This document shows, in pieces, positions 47,570 through 59,990 of a stretch of DNA of 64,000 bases. The stretch is from positions 91,635,905 through 91,699,904 of the forward strand of contig JARDVH010000132.1 of NCBI GenBank assembly GCA_030324005.1, written 5' to 3'. The translations under genes and the position numbers were made by a program. The stretch is from Negaprion brevirostris (lineage: Eukaryota). How positions within the stretch are numbered: the first letter of the stretch is position 1; every line of letters begins with the position of its first letter. The notes beneath the pieces are model-generated. The model was not told where the DNA came from. It did not search any database and saw only the letters and a program-made list of their open reading frames with translations.

Positions 47570-50300
47570 GTGGCAAATAACCAACTAAAAGATTTATTGT
47601 CTGAGAAGAACAATGTACAACTAAACGTTTAACAGCACAACTATACTCTGATAATAGCCTGACTCCAACTGAAGCCTTCCAGCTCTGGGGATGTGCACCT
47701 TTTCTTCTGATCGGCTCAGGTTCATGCGCTCACGCTCCATTGGCTCTGGCCCATGAAGGAACAGCCATTAAAGGGGTCGCGCTACCGCCCTCTTTCTGCT
47801 CCCTAATTTCTGAGACTATCAATGATAAAACAAAAAGAAAAACAGTTAACACACATGCAGAGAAACAACATTATTACAGAAGACATATCAGGGAAAAACA
47901 GTTCATAATGTCAGCCGGTCCAGAAACTTCCGGATCCTTAAGGAATGGAACAACTCTGTCAGTGGTTCTTCACCAGCTGACGACACAGGGTCCTCTGTTG
48001 GAGTGGTCGTGCTAACTACCTGAGGAGCTAAGACATTACTGGTCCCTTCCTCTGCCTCAGCCACTGAAGCCAGAGGCTACCTTGGTCCCACTGTGCATGT
48101 CAGGATTTCTAGTTCAGAGGCTGGTACATACAAATTGGATACTGGGCACACTTGCTTGTACCCTGAAGCTGGTTCTACTCTCTTGCATAAGTGGTCAACA
48201 TGCTTCTTTACTCGACAGCCCTGTGCCTCCACCATATATGAGACCAGCTCTGTCTTTTCCACAACTGCCCCTGGCATCCAGGCAGATTTGCCACCAGAAT
48301 TCTATTCCAAAGCGAAATTATCCCCATGAAAGAATCTGTCCCCTTTCTGAAAGTCATGATACTCTTTCTGAGAGGTTTGCCTAGTTTCCACCCTCCCCAA
48401 CAAATTTTGGAACACCGAGTCCAAACAGTCGCTTGGCACACCTAGCAGTTTGGTAGGCATGACCCCAGTGTTGGCAAACGGTGTAATGTTGTAGGACAGC
48501 AAAAAACTGGCCTCTCACAATGGCAAAAGTCTATGAGCATTCTTCATGGAAGCCTTGTACATCTGCATGGCTCACTCTGCCAGCCCATTCAAGGCAGGAT
48601 GGAAGGGAACTGATCAAACATGATTAATGCCATTAGACTTGACAAAAGTCTGAAATTCATCATCCATGAATGCCGTTCCATTGTCTGATACCAACATTTA
48701 AGGGAGACCATGGATCGTGAAGATCTGCCTCAGTTTCTCAATATTAAGCATATTGTGATGGATCTCATGAGCTGAACGCCCAGTCAGTTGGAACAGGCAT
48801 TTACTAGGATCAGGAACACATGCCCCAAAACCTACATGAAGCTGTGACAACGGACAGCCCAGCCACTCCCAGGGATGCATGCTCACTGGTAGTGGTAATG
48901 TTTGCTGAGCCTGACAACTTTCACACTGTCATTCCAACACTTTCATTCTGCTCTGACCAGGATGGGCATCATGTAATTCTTGGAGCAGCTGCTGTTAACC
49001 CAGGGTGGTACGGTGACATGGATCCCCACAGTAGCACCTCATCTCATCCCCCCATTGCAAATATAGCTTCATTTGCTCTGCCTTGTTGAAGTGCCACTCT
49101 GTCAGTACCATTTTCCTGACATTCAACAGCAATGGATCCCTATCTGTCCACGACTTAATGTGGGCTGTTGAAACAGAGAAAAGATGCACAGCCAATACTA
49201 TCTCCTGTGGAACAGGTGGTGATGGTATGGTCTGTAGCAGTGGGAGGCTGCTTAGTTCATCCTTATCTGACATCTGTGTTCTGGCCTATGCTGAAAGGTA
49301 TAACTTCATGCTGCCAGCAGCAAGATCCCTCTTTGCACCCTGGCCGAGGCAATAGGTGGCACTGGCTATTCCCCCTGGAAAAGCCAAATTATGGCTTATG
49401 GTCTGGCATGGTGGTGGAATTCCATTCATAGATGTGCTGGTGAAATTTCTTCACTGTTTTTTCTCAGCATCTGACAAAATCCTTGAAGCTAATGCAGTTG
49501 GTCTCTCCGCCCCATCTGCCATTCTATGGGATGGACCAACTTCGACTCCATGTGGTGAAGTGTCACAAGTGACTACTCATGGCTTGTCAGTCAAAAGTGC
49601 ACCAGCAACATTGACAACTGTAAAGTCTGTTTGACTTCCACAAAAGCTTCTTTCAGCATGTCTCTCCACTTCCATCATTGAAGATATTTCAAAAGCTGAC
49701 ATAAGAGGCCAGAATTGTTGATGCTTTTGGCAGGAACCATAGTCATTGACCATTCTTAGGAAGGACTTCACATTCCATTGCATTTCTAGGCACCAGTATT
49801 CTCTTCATAGCTTTATCTTCGAGGGATGTAACCCCTTGGCATCCACTTTGAAACTGGGATACGTAACCTCTTCAGCTTGAAAGGTATAGTTTGCATGTTT
49901 TAAACATATGCCATCTTCCTTAAACCTCTTGAGGACCATGTTCTTCAGGAGATGTACCAACAATTAAGACATTGTCCAAGTATACATCACTTAGTGGATT
50001 CCTTGTAACAGTTTCTCCATGGTGCACTGAAAAATGGCACAGGCTGATGAGATAGCAAACATCAATCAGGTGTTCTGCTCTGCGAGTAAGCCTCAGATCC
50101 TTCCTTTTGTCCCTCTGCCAGCTTGTTCTATTTTCATCTTTTTTTTTTGGAATGTTCCATGCAATCTGCCTCATTCTACACCTTTGTGCAGATGAGCCTT
50201 CTTTTTGCCTTTGAACCCCTTGTGGATATTTATTGTAAGTAACTTTCTGGAATCCTCTTCCAGTTCCAGTTGCTGATCAGCATGACTTAGGTCTGGCTGA
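47570..50300 (-). mobile_element. Decayed Gypsy/Ty3 LTR retrotransposon (RT, RNase H, integrase, probable 3' LTR)
   Basis: Minus-strand relics in Gypsy order: DLSHADQQLELEEDSRKLLTINIHKG and VYLDNVLIVG (RT); CDTSPHGV...ASRILSDAEK (RNase H); LRQIFTIHGLP, VSDNGTAF, PFHPALNGLAE, LSYNITP and VSYMVE...KHVDHL (integrase). Probable LTR at about 47570-47785. Confidence 0.85.
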
Positions 50301-50334
50301 ATATATTTAAGGCACCTGGTAACTGAGCATAGAG

Positions 50335-51125
50335 GAAAAAACCAAAAATGTTGGAAAATTTCAGCAGGTCTGACAGCATCTGTGGGAAGAGAATAGAGCC
50401 AATAATTCAAGCCTGGATGATGCTTTGTCAGAGCTAAGATCAAAGAGAATCACCAGAAATTTATACTAATGGTGTGGAAGGTGAGGAGGGCGGCTGTTTG
50501 CTGGGATTGGACATAGGAAATGTAAATGAGGATACAGAAGGTCGAGAAANNNNNNNNNNAGCGTTGAGTGCCCATTAAGTGATCAGAATGCGAGATTAGC
50601 AAGGTACAAATTGTTAGAGGGCTGCCTGAGGAATATGGCAGTTGCACTGAAGACAGAGGTGACGCCTCTGCTGTGGTACCTTCTGGATCTCCATGTCTGC
50701 CTCATTCATAATCACAGCATCTTGTTTCTGGCTAGAACCAAACCTGATGCACTTAGCCGAAAAGGTGTGACTGCCTCCTGCGACAAAGTTTCCAGGTAAC
50801 CTTACCTACCCTCCTTAATGCGTCATTGTCTCCAAAACCTGGAGTCCAGTTTGTCAACTCTGAGCTGACATTCCTCAGGCTGCAGACATTTACTGCAGAC
50901 GTGGTTGCTGTGGATCACACTGGTGCCTGACTGCTTCCACCCACTACAGCTGCAAAGCATTACCTGCCCTGCTATTTTATTTTATTTTGTTGCATCTTGA
51001 TTCTATTCCATTTTTCCCAGTTCTGAAGAAAAGTCAGAGATCTGTAATGTCAATTCTGTCTCTCTTTCCACAGATAATGCTCAATGTGCTGAATATTTCC
51101 AGCGTTTTCTATTCTCATTGCAAAA
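50335..51125. mobile_element. Inverted pair of Penelope-type terminal repeats (50335-50435 minus, 50995-51125 plus) enclosing other repeat debris
   Basis: aaaatgttggaaaatttcagcaggtctgacagcatctgtggg is roughly the reverse complement of ttccacagataatgctcaatgtgctgaatatttccagcgtttt. Confidence 0.55.
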
Positions 51126-51239
51126 TAACTTAGGTAGGTTAAGTCAGGGGGAGAAATGTGACAGATAAGGGTACATGTGGAGCAATGTGATGATACCCAC
51201 TTCATAGGAAAATATAAGAATTAGNNNNNNNNNNAAGAA

Positions 51240-52232
51240 TTAGAAGGAGGCAGCACAACGGGCCAGGAGACATCAGCAGAGGCTGTTCCGTGGGCTTCCC
51301 GCTGGGCGTTACGGCCTCCATGCATCTCCCAGCTGATGATTTCCAGCATTGGCATGGAGCTGATGACAATTTCCATTTCCACTTCCATTTCATTAGCGGG
51401 CCTGGGGCTGAAGTCTCTGTGCCTGCCAGCATCTCCCCCCCACCCCCCCCTCCACGCCCGGTGTAGACTCCAGTGGGTTTACAATTGCTCCCCACTAACA
51501 GGGAACAGACGGCTGACCCCACTGTAGGGAACAGAAGCCATTGAGGTCCCTAGGATATCAGGGATAAGGGGAGTGCCACTTGTGCAGTTCCAGTCTGGCA
51601 AACAGGCACTGCCCAAGGAGCGCCTTTGTACTGCCCACCAGGCACCAAGCAGTGCCAGTTTGTGGGACGGGGAGGTAGTTGGGGGGCACAACTGGTGGGG
51701 GTAGGGGCTCCCACTACCACTCTAACCTGGTGTGCAGAGGAAGGGAGGACAGCGATTGGAGCTGGCCATCAGGATTGGGGGTGAGTCAGGACTGGGGGGC
51801 AGTATGAGGAGGTTGGGGCTGACCAATGGGTGGGATGGAGAGAACACTGGGGTTGGCCGAGGGAGCTCCAGAAGACCAGTGATCAGGGGGTGTGGAAGTC
51901 AGAAGGCCAGTGATGGGTGGTTGTGGCAGTGATCGGGAGGCCAGCAATGGAGCGGGGGGGGTGGGGGTGCAAAGGCAGGGGCACTGCGCATGCACTGATC
52001 TCCACACTGACAGATCGGTGCATGCACAGTGTCCTGCTCATTGCAATGCTACTGGTCTCTCGGACAGGATTAGACCCTGCCCACTAATTTCCAGAGGGAA
52101 TCCTGCTCAGGCAGTCTGACGCACAGAGTGTAGGAAATTTGCTCTGGAAATCAAGCTGAAAGAATCAGCAGGAGTCACTCCCATTTTCATGCAAATTGGG
52201 GACTTCCAATTTTTTGGGGGAGAATTTCAGCC
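51240..52232. mobile_element. GC-rich non-coding interspersed element, unclassified
   Basis: Abrupt GC/G-run-rich segment ending in ggagaatttcagcc; internal inverted motif gcactgcgcatgcactgatct...agatcggtgcatgcacagtgt at 51981-52031; no protein similarity that I recognise. Confidence 0.45.
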
Positions 52233-52234
52233 AA

Positions 52235-52733
52235 CATTTTTAAATGGTGAAAGACTGGGAAATATTGGTATTTAGGCTGACCTGGGTGTCCTTGTACATG
52301 AATCACAGAAAGTTAAATCACTGGGACAGCAAACAGATTATTAACAAGACTATTAAGGACACAGTCTTGATGAGACCACAGCTGAAGCACTGAGAGCTGT
52401 ATTGGCCTCCTTATTGAAAAAAAATGCATTTGCCTTAGGGTGAGTGTAAGAAAGGCTGACTAGGCTGATTTCTAGGATGAAGGAATGTTCTATGAGAAGA
52501 CATTGAGTAGATTAGGCTTATGTTCCCTAGATTTTAGACGAATGACAGATGAATTCATGGAGACATACAAAATTCTTCAGGCATTTGACCGTTTAGATGC
52601 TGGGAGGTTGCTCTCCCTGGATGGGGAGTCTAGAGATAAGGGTCACAAACTCAGAATAATAGGCCAGCCATTTAAGACTGAGATAAGAAATTTCTTCACT
52701 CAAAAGGTAGTAAGTCTTTAGAATTCTCTACCC
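52235..52733 (+). mobile_element. CR1 LINE 3' region, interrupted (continues at about 53970-54150)
   Basis: ORF 52485-52721 YEKTLSRLGLCSLDFRRMTDEFMETYKIL...GHKLRI...F...RNFFTQKVVSL is the CR1 ORF2 C-terminus. Confidence 0.8.
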
Positions 52734-53968
52734 AATTCTTCAACCAATTCAATTCACTCTATGTGATATCAAGAAAGACCTGCAGGCATGGGATACGGCA
52801 AAGACTATGGGTGCTGACAATATTCTGATAATAGTCCTGAAAATTTGTGCCTAGAACTTGCCACACCCCTAGCCAAGTTATCCCAGGACAGCTGCAACAC
52901 TAGCATCTACCCAGTAATGTGGCAATTGCACAGGTATATCCTCTACACAAGAAACAGGAAATATCCAAGCCAGCCAATTACTCCCCCACCAGTCTACTTT
53001 TGATCTTCAGAAAAATGATGGAAGGGGTCATTAACAAAGCAGTCAAATGGCATTTGCTTCACAATAAACTGCTCAGTGATGCTCAGTTTGGTTTCTGCCA
53101 GCGTCACTTAGCTCCTGATTTCATTACAGCCTTCATCCAAACATAGACAAAAGAGCTGAACTCCAGAGTTGAGGTGAGAGGTGACTTCCCTTCATTATCA
53201 AGGTCACATTTGACTGAGTGTGGAATCAAGGAGCCCGAGCAAAACTGGAGTCAATGGGAATCGGGAAAAGTCTCCATTGGTTGGAGTTATACCTGGCACA
53301 AAGGAAGATGGTTGTCGTTGTTGAAGGTCACCAGCATAGTACTGCAGGAGTTCCTCAGGGTAGTGTCTTAGGCTCTATCACTGTCAGCTGCTTCACCAAT
53401 GACCTTCCTTTCATTATAAAGTCAGAAGTGGGGCTTCACTAATGCTTGCACAATATTCAGCACCATTTACAGTCCATGTCCAAATGCTGCAATATCCAGC
53501 CTTGGGCTGACAAGTGGCAAGTAACAGTCACACCATAAAAGTTCCAGGCAACTGGGGGTTACCATTGACCAGAAACTGAACTGGACTACAGCAGGTCAAA
53601 GGCAAGGAATCCAACAGCGAGTAACCCACTTCCTGTCTCTCCAAAGACTGCCCACTATCTGCAATGCACAAGTCAAGAATGTGATGGAATACTCTCCACT
53701 TGCCTGGATGAGTGTAGCTCCAAGAACTCTCAAGAAAACTTGGCACTATACAGGGCAAAACAGCCCATTTGATTAGAAACCCATCCACAAACATTCACTC
53801 CCTCCTCCATTGATGCATATTGGCAGCAGTGTGTACACATGAAGTCCATGTGCTGTACCTACATGAAATGGACTGTAACGGTTCAAGAAAGCAGCTCACC
53901 ACCATCTTCTCAAGGACAATTAGGGATGGGCATAGCCAACAAAGCCCACATCCCATTAATTAATTTTA
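52734..53968 (+). mobile_element. Second CR1-clade LINE (RT through 3' tail) nested in the first
   Basis: PANYSPTSLLLIFRKMMEGVIN...AQFGF and STAGVPQGSVLG...FTNDLP RT motifs; 3' tail caattagggatggg...gcccacatccc. Confidence 0.8.
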
Positions 53969-53969
53969 A

Positions 53970-54152
53970 ACCTAAAGAACTGCAGGTTCTCAGTACATTC
54001 AACTCAGAGATTGGTAGCTATTGAGGGAGTCTAGAGATTTGGGGACAGTGTGGGAAGGCATTACCAAGGTTGAAGGCTCGTTATGAATTTACTCAATGGC
54101 AGAGCAGGATGAAGGGACCAAACTGTCTTATCCTGCATCTATTTCCTATAAC
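53970..54152 (+). mobile_element. Remaining 3' tail of the interrupted CR1
   Basis: ...aatggcagagcaggatgaagggaccaaactgtcttatcctgcatctatttcctat is a decayed CR1 3' terminus. Confidence 0.55.
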
Positions 54153-56054
54153 AAGTGTCTTTGATTTCACCCAATATATCCAGTCAGAGCTCTATTTAAA
54201 GTTCTGAATTTATTGCTTACTGCTGCTTTCATGGACTGATAGTTAGAATTGCGTCCTTTATATTAGACACTACCTGTGTATGAAACTTTGGTTCTTATGG
54301 TCAGAAGTTATGTTTTGCACAGTTGGACAGACACATGTGAGGAGTTCCTCTCCTTGCAGTTAAAAGATAAGAGTTTTGAAAGTGCAGTGGGTGCATTCAC
54401 TCAGTCCCAATGCTATGCGGTGGACTGCTTTGAGCACTCCTTAAAACCAGTTTGACAAAACACTGGGCTTGCACTGCCTGCAGCATCAAGCCTGAATGTG
54501 AGGCTACTATTTCAGGAAGTCTCCCCTGGTTTCTTTCGAGAATGAGGCTGGGCCCAGTCAGTGGACTTGTATTGCACGTTCATTACCAGTGAGGATTGGA
54601 AATGCTTTGCAGTAACACTGTGACTGTAATTGAAGTGGATCAATTTGTACCTCTGAAGTGTCAACTTCAGCCACTTCCTCTGAAGGATGACCAATCCNNN
54701 NNNNNNNCACTACTATGCTCATTTGAATTCAATAATACGTCTTTATTCAACATTATCAGAAACAATGTCATCAGTCGTCAGTGAACAAACCCATGAGTTA
54801 AAAACTCCTCCTTGCAGTTTGTCTGTATCATCGTCTTCAATACTTGAAAATGACTCAGCGATCAGAATCAGAAACAATATTCAGAGTTTGATCTGGAAGA
54901 GCGTAATTGATTCTTGGAGCATTTAATTGCAATAACATGCAAATCTGCACATGACAGCTGCCGTGATATTATGCGATAGTTATTGGCATTGATGTATCTG
55001 TAATATTGCATTGTAAAACATGGGATTGTGGTTGTGATAATAATATGCAACTTGCTTATTTAAAGGAGGGAATTGCTAGAAACATGATGATAATCTGGAT
55101 TTCACCCTGTCTCAGTGAGTGTTGATGAATTCATGACACAAAAGCCAGTTTTATTTGGCACCAAGCATGCCATTAAATTGTAGAGAACTATTTCAAGTAA
55201 GAGTGGAGAGAATCTGCAAGTTAATGTTCCACATGTAATCATTCACCAGAATTGGAAACAATTAAGATAAATTGCACAAAGGGGACCTATTATGTTTGTG
55301 AGAGGAGCAAAGTATTTTACAGCAACAAGAACAGCAGAATTGTTTACAGCGTTTCTCCACATGTATTTATTTGGGGATTAGTGGGGAGTGATGGAAGGGT
55401 TCCTGGGCTGACTATCAGCCATTGAACCCTGTCTTAAATGCAGAGCAGCAAGTAAGGGGTGAAAGCAGAAACAAGGGAAATGGAGTCGGGGGAGGGTGCA
55501 ATGCATCTGAATGTCCTGCCACCATGGTCGAGCAGCATCCTGAGCTGAGGGGGAAGGAGGCAATTTAGAATCTCCAGTGTCATCATTTGCAATTTTCTTT
55601 TGCCTTTTTTTCAAATAAGTGTGATTCTATTTTGCCTTGGCTGCCACCACAGTGAAATCTGCCATGTGTACATTGTAAAAAAAATCAACAGCTCCATCTG
55701 CAATAGATAGACAATTGCACAGAATCAATCGTTGAGCATGCAGAGATGTCTTAAAGTCCTGATTGCAGATTTTGTTTTCTGGTAGCTGTGGAAGATCCAT
55801 TCAGACTGCCAATACAGGAAAGTTCAGTTACAAGCAGCCAAGAAAAATCTATTTTGTGGGATGTGTATGTTTGCATGCGTGTGTTTGGATTGCAATTTGT
55901 GCTGTTGGTGACAGGACAAGTTTGCAACAGCATTGGCAGCAGAGATGCAAAACTGACCCTATACGTTTATTATATTGCTTTGCAGAATCCAGCAGAATCT
56001 GTTAAATAAATTGGCAACTGCACAACAATAGTTATTTGAGTACAGACCTTAAGC

Positions 56055-56975
56055 ATTGTTAGAAAGAGACATGTTGAAGCTTTTGTTTTGCACTCATCTG
56101 GACACTTTCCAAGAATACCAATAGAAGGGGGGAACAACAATTTATACTAAGGAAAGAGTGCTGATTGGTTGGCAAGTGGCCTCTGATTGGTAGAGGCAGT
56201 GCCATGGAAAATGCAGCAGTTGATGATGACNNNNNNNNNNNNNNNNNNNNNNNNNNNNNNNNNNNNNNNNNNNNNNNNNNNNNNNNNNNNNNNNNNNNNN
56301 NNNNNNNNNNNNNNNNNNNNNNNNNNNNNNCAGTTGATGATGACTGATCATTAACTGCCAAGCAACTTGAGAAACATGAGGTTAGCTGTTTCATGCTGCT
56401 ACTATGCAGTAGCAACACGAGTGGTATTCACCACAAACAAGGATCTACTGTCAAGTCAAAATGATATGCTGCCTATTGCACAAATGATTAATGTGGTATA
56501 TGAATTTCAGTGCCAGTGTGAGGCTAAGTATGTAGCTGTATGTCCCAAAAACTGTTTGTATCATATCAAACAGCATTTCCCAGTCACTGTTCACAACAAG
56601 CCAGGTACAGATCATATCCAACCAGTCAGTGCTTGCAAAATTCAAAACACAGTTGTCAACATTAGATGCGATTCCATAATTGTACAGCATTTGCTAAATA
56701 ATCCTCCATGTGCTAAGGGTGGGTTAGCTCAGTTGGCTGGACGGCTAATCTGTGATGCAGAACAATGACATAAACATGTATTCAATTCCTGTGCCAGCTG
56801 AGATTACTCATCGCCTTCTCAGCTTTGCCCCTTGCCTAAGGTGTGATGATCCTCAGGTTAAGTCAGCTCTCCCCCTCAAAGATGGCAAAAGTCTATGGAC
56901 ATCTGGGACAATGGCGACTTTACTTCACTCACAGGGCACATGTTTTGCCTGCAGTAAGACAGGCTGAGGAAGATG
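56055..56975 (+). mobile_element. Penelope-like element relic (GIY-YIG domain) interrupted by a SINE
   Basis: ORF 56367-56768 contains NVVYEFQCQCEAKYV...IKQH...SIIVQHLLNNP.CA, resembling Penelope GIY-YIG endonucleases. Confidence 0.65.
56717..56925 (+). mobile_element. tRNA-derived SINE
   Basis: A box TAGCTCAGTTGG (56725-56736), decayed B box gtattcaattcc, tail atggcgactttactt. Confidence 0.65.
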
Positions 56976-57429
56976 ACTTTACAGCTAGAACTCATTGATG
57001 ACTGAAAAGAATATGATATGAGCAGTATTAACAGTGAAACCATCAAACCTGTGGTCAGCCGCAGTGAAAGGCTTGAGCTGACAGGAACAGTTCCCTCAGC
57101 CTATACTCATCAAATTAATTGGAAATTGCAATTTTGTGCAACCATGGATGCTTTGTTTATGAGGGCTTTCAGCTATATCAACTGGTCAGGCCAGCTCCCT
57201 GGATATTTAGTGCTTTCATTATTTTCTTGCTGTGCTCACATACCAGCTTCCAGGTTGTTCGAATGGAGTCCCTTCCAATTGACAAAAACACCTTTATTGC
57301 CACATGGGTGTAGTATAGTAACCCTAGGACCTATGAGAATCCAGCAAGAAAGGTGAATCCCACAGACTCAAACTACTTACACACCCTTCCCCAGATTCAT
57401 CGTCAACCAAGTCCTTTTGTTTGGTGAAT

Positions 57430-59990
57430 ACTGACACAAAGTACTCATTTAATAGCTTGCCCATTTCTTCTCCATACATAGATTCCCTCTCCTATCCTTG
57501 AGTGCGTCAACCTTCTCCCTGGCTACCCTCTTGCTCTTTATATATGTATAATAAGCCTTGGGATTTTCTTTAATCCTACTGGCCAATGATTTTTCATGAC
57601 CACTTTTAGTCCTCCTTACTTCTTTCTTTCTACTTTCCTTGTATTCCACACTTGCTTCATGTGTTCCCAGCCTCCTAGCCTTTACAAATGCTTTCATTTT
57701 CTCTTTGAGTAGGCTCATAATATCTCTCATTATCCAAGGTTCCCAAAACTTGCCATACTTATCCTTCACCTTCATCGGAATGTGCTGGTCCTGAATCCCT
57801 GACAACTTACACTTGAAAGCCTCCCATGTGCCAGATGTTGATTTGCCCTCAAACATCTGCTACAATCTACATTCTTCAGTTCCTGCCTAATATTGCTGTA
57901 ATTAGCCTTCCCCCAGTTCAGCACCTTAACTTGAGGACTACACTTATCTTTATCCATCAACACTTTAAAGCCTTATTGAATTGTGTCCACTGTTTCTGAA
58001 TGGCTCTCCTACTGAAACATTAACCACCTGGCCAGGCTCATTCCCCAATACCAGATCCACTACGGCCCCTTCCCTCATTGGACTACCTACATACTGTTTC
58101 AAGAAGCCCTCCTGGATGCTCTACAACCTCTGACCATCAATGCCCCTAGCACTAATTGAGTTCCAGTCAATATAGGGGAAGTTAAAATCTCCCACCACAA
58201 CAACCTTGTTACTTTTAAACCTTACCAAAATCTGCCTACATATCAGTTCCTCTATCTCCCACTGGTAGTTGCGTGGGCTGCAATAAACCCCAAACATTGA
58301 GACTACACCCTTTCTATTCCTGAGCTCTACACAGATTGTCTTGCTGTATGAGNNNNNNNNNNNNNNNNNNNNNNNNNNNNNNNNNNNNNNNNNNNNNNNN
58401 NNNNNNNNNNNNNNNNNNNNNNNNNNNNNNNNNNNNNNNNNNNNNNNNNNNNNNNNNNNNNNNNNNNNNNNNNNNNNNNNNNNNNNNNNNNNNNNNNNNN
58501 NNNNNNNNNNNNNNNNNNNNNNNNNNNNNNNNNNNNNNNNNNNNNNNNNNNNNNNNNNNNNNNNNNNNNNNNNNNNNNNNNNNNNNNNNNNNNNNNNNNN
58601 NNNNNNNNNNNNNNNNNNNNNNNNNNNNNNNNNNNNNNNNNNNNNNNNNNNNNNNNNNNNNNNNNNNNNNNNNNNNNNNNNNNNNNNNNNNNNNNNNNNN
58701 NNNNNNNNNNNNNNNNNNNNNNNNNNNNNNNNNNNNNNNNNNNNNNNNNNNNNNNNNNNNNNNNNNNNNNNNNNNNNNNNNNNNNNNNNNNNNNNNNNNN
58801 NNNNNNNNNNNNNNNNNNNNNNNNNNNNNNNNNNNNNNNNNNNNNNNNNNNNNNNNNNNNNNNNNNNNNNNNNNNNNNNNNNNNNNNNNNNNNNNNNNNN
58901 NNNNNNNNNNNNNNNNNNNNNNNNNNNNNNNNNNNNNNNNNNNNNNNNNNNNNNNNNNNNNNNNNNNNNNNNNNNNNNNNNNNNNNNNNNNNNNNNNNNN
59001 NNNNNNNNNNNNNNNNNNNNNNNNNNNNAACTAGTTTAAAGCCTCCCGTGAGACACTAGCAAACTTTCCGGCCACAATATTTATGCCCTTCCAGTTTAGG
59101 TGCAACTTGGCCTTCTTGTACAGGTCCTACCTGCCCCGGAAGAGATCCCAAAGGCCCAGATATCTGAAGCCCTCCCTCCTACTCCAGCTGTTTAACCATG
59201 TGTTGAGCTCCACTATCTTCTTATTCCTATCACTGGCATGTGGCACAGGGAGTAATCCCGAGATTATAACCCTAGAAGTCCCGCTTTTTAACTTTCTATC
59301 CAACTCCCTAAACTGCTGCTGCAGGACCTCATCACTCTTCCTATCTATGTAGTTAGTACCAATATATACCACGACCTCTGGCTGTTCACCCTCTCCCTTC
59401 AGAATGCTTTCTGCCCATTCAGAGACATCTTGGACCCTGGCACCAGGGCGGCTTGGAGTCTCTTTCACATCCACAGAAGTGCCTATCTGTACCCCTAACT
59501 ATAGAGTCTGCTATAACTATAGCTCTCGTGCTCTTTGTCCTTCCCTGCTGAACAACAGGGCCAGATGTGGTGTCAGTGCTTTGGCTGCTGCTGCTGTTAT
59601 CTCCTGATAGGCCATCCCCCCCAACAGTATCCAAAATGGTGCACTTGTTAGAGAGGGGGATGACCACAGGGGATTCCTGCACTGACTGCCTGCACCTTCT
59701 AGTGGTCACCCATCTATCTGCCTGCAACTTGGGTGTGGTCACCTTTCTAAAGCTCCTATCTATGACGCTTTCCGCCACCTTCATGCTCCTAAGTGCATCC
59801 AACTGCTGCTCCAACCTATGCATGTGGTCTGTAAGGAGCTGCAATTAGGAGCACTTACTGCAGATGTAATCATCTGAGACACTGGAAGCATTACAGATCT
59901 CCCACATCTCACAAGTGCAGCACTTAACCCCAAGGATTGACATTTCTAACACCAATTAAATTATTTAAGGAAATTTGTAAACTTCTTACC
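57430..59990 (-). mobile_element. CR1 LINE 5' half: ORF1 (zinc finger plus SGNH esterase) and ORF2 endonuclease region; contains N-gap
   Basis: ORF1 relics AIVIADSIVRG, PGARVQDVSE, VVVYIGTN, VIISGLLPVP and LNTWL...EGFRYL (59127-59844); ORF2 relics LNWGKANY...IKENPKAYYTYIKSKR (57449-57963). Confidence 0.88.

Noticed and set aside
45954-56925. tRNA genes at the A/B-box motifs (45954 and 56717)
   Set aside because: No cloverleaf is evident and the heads continue into SINE bodies.
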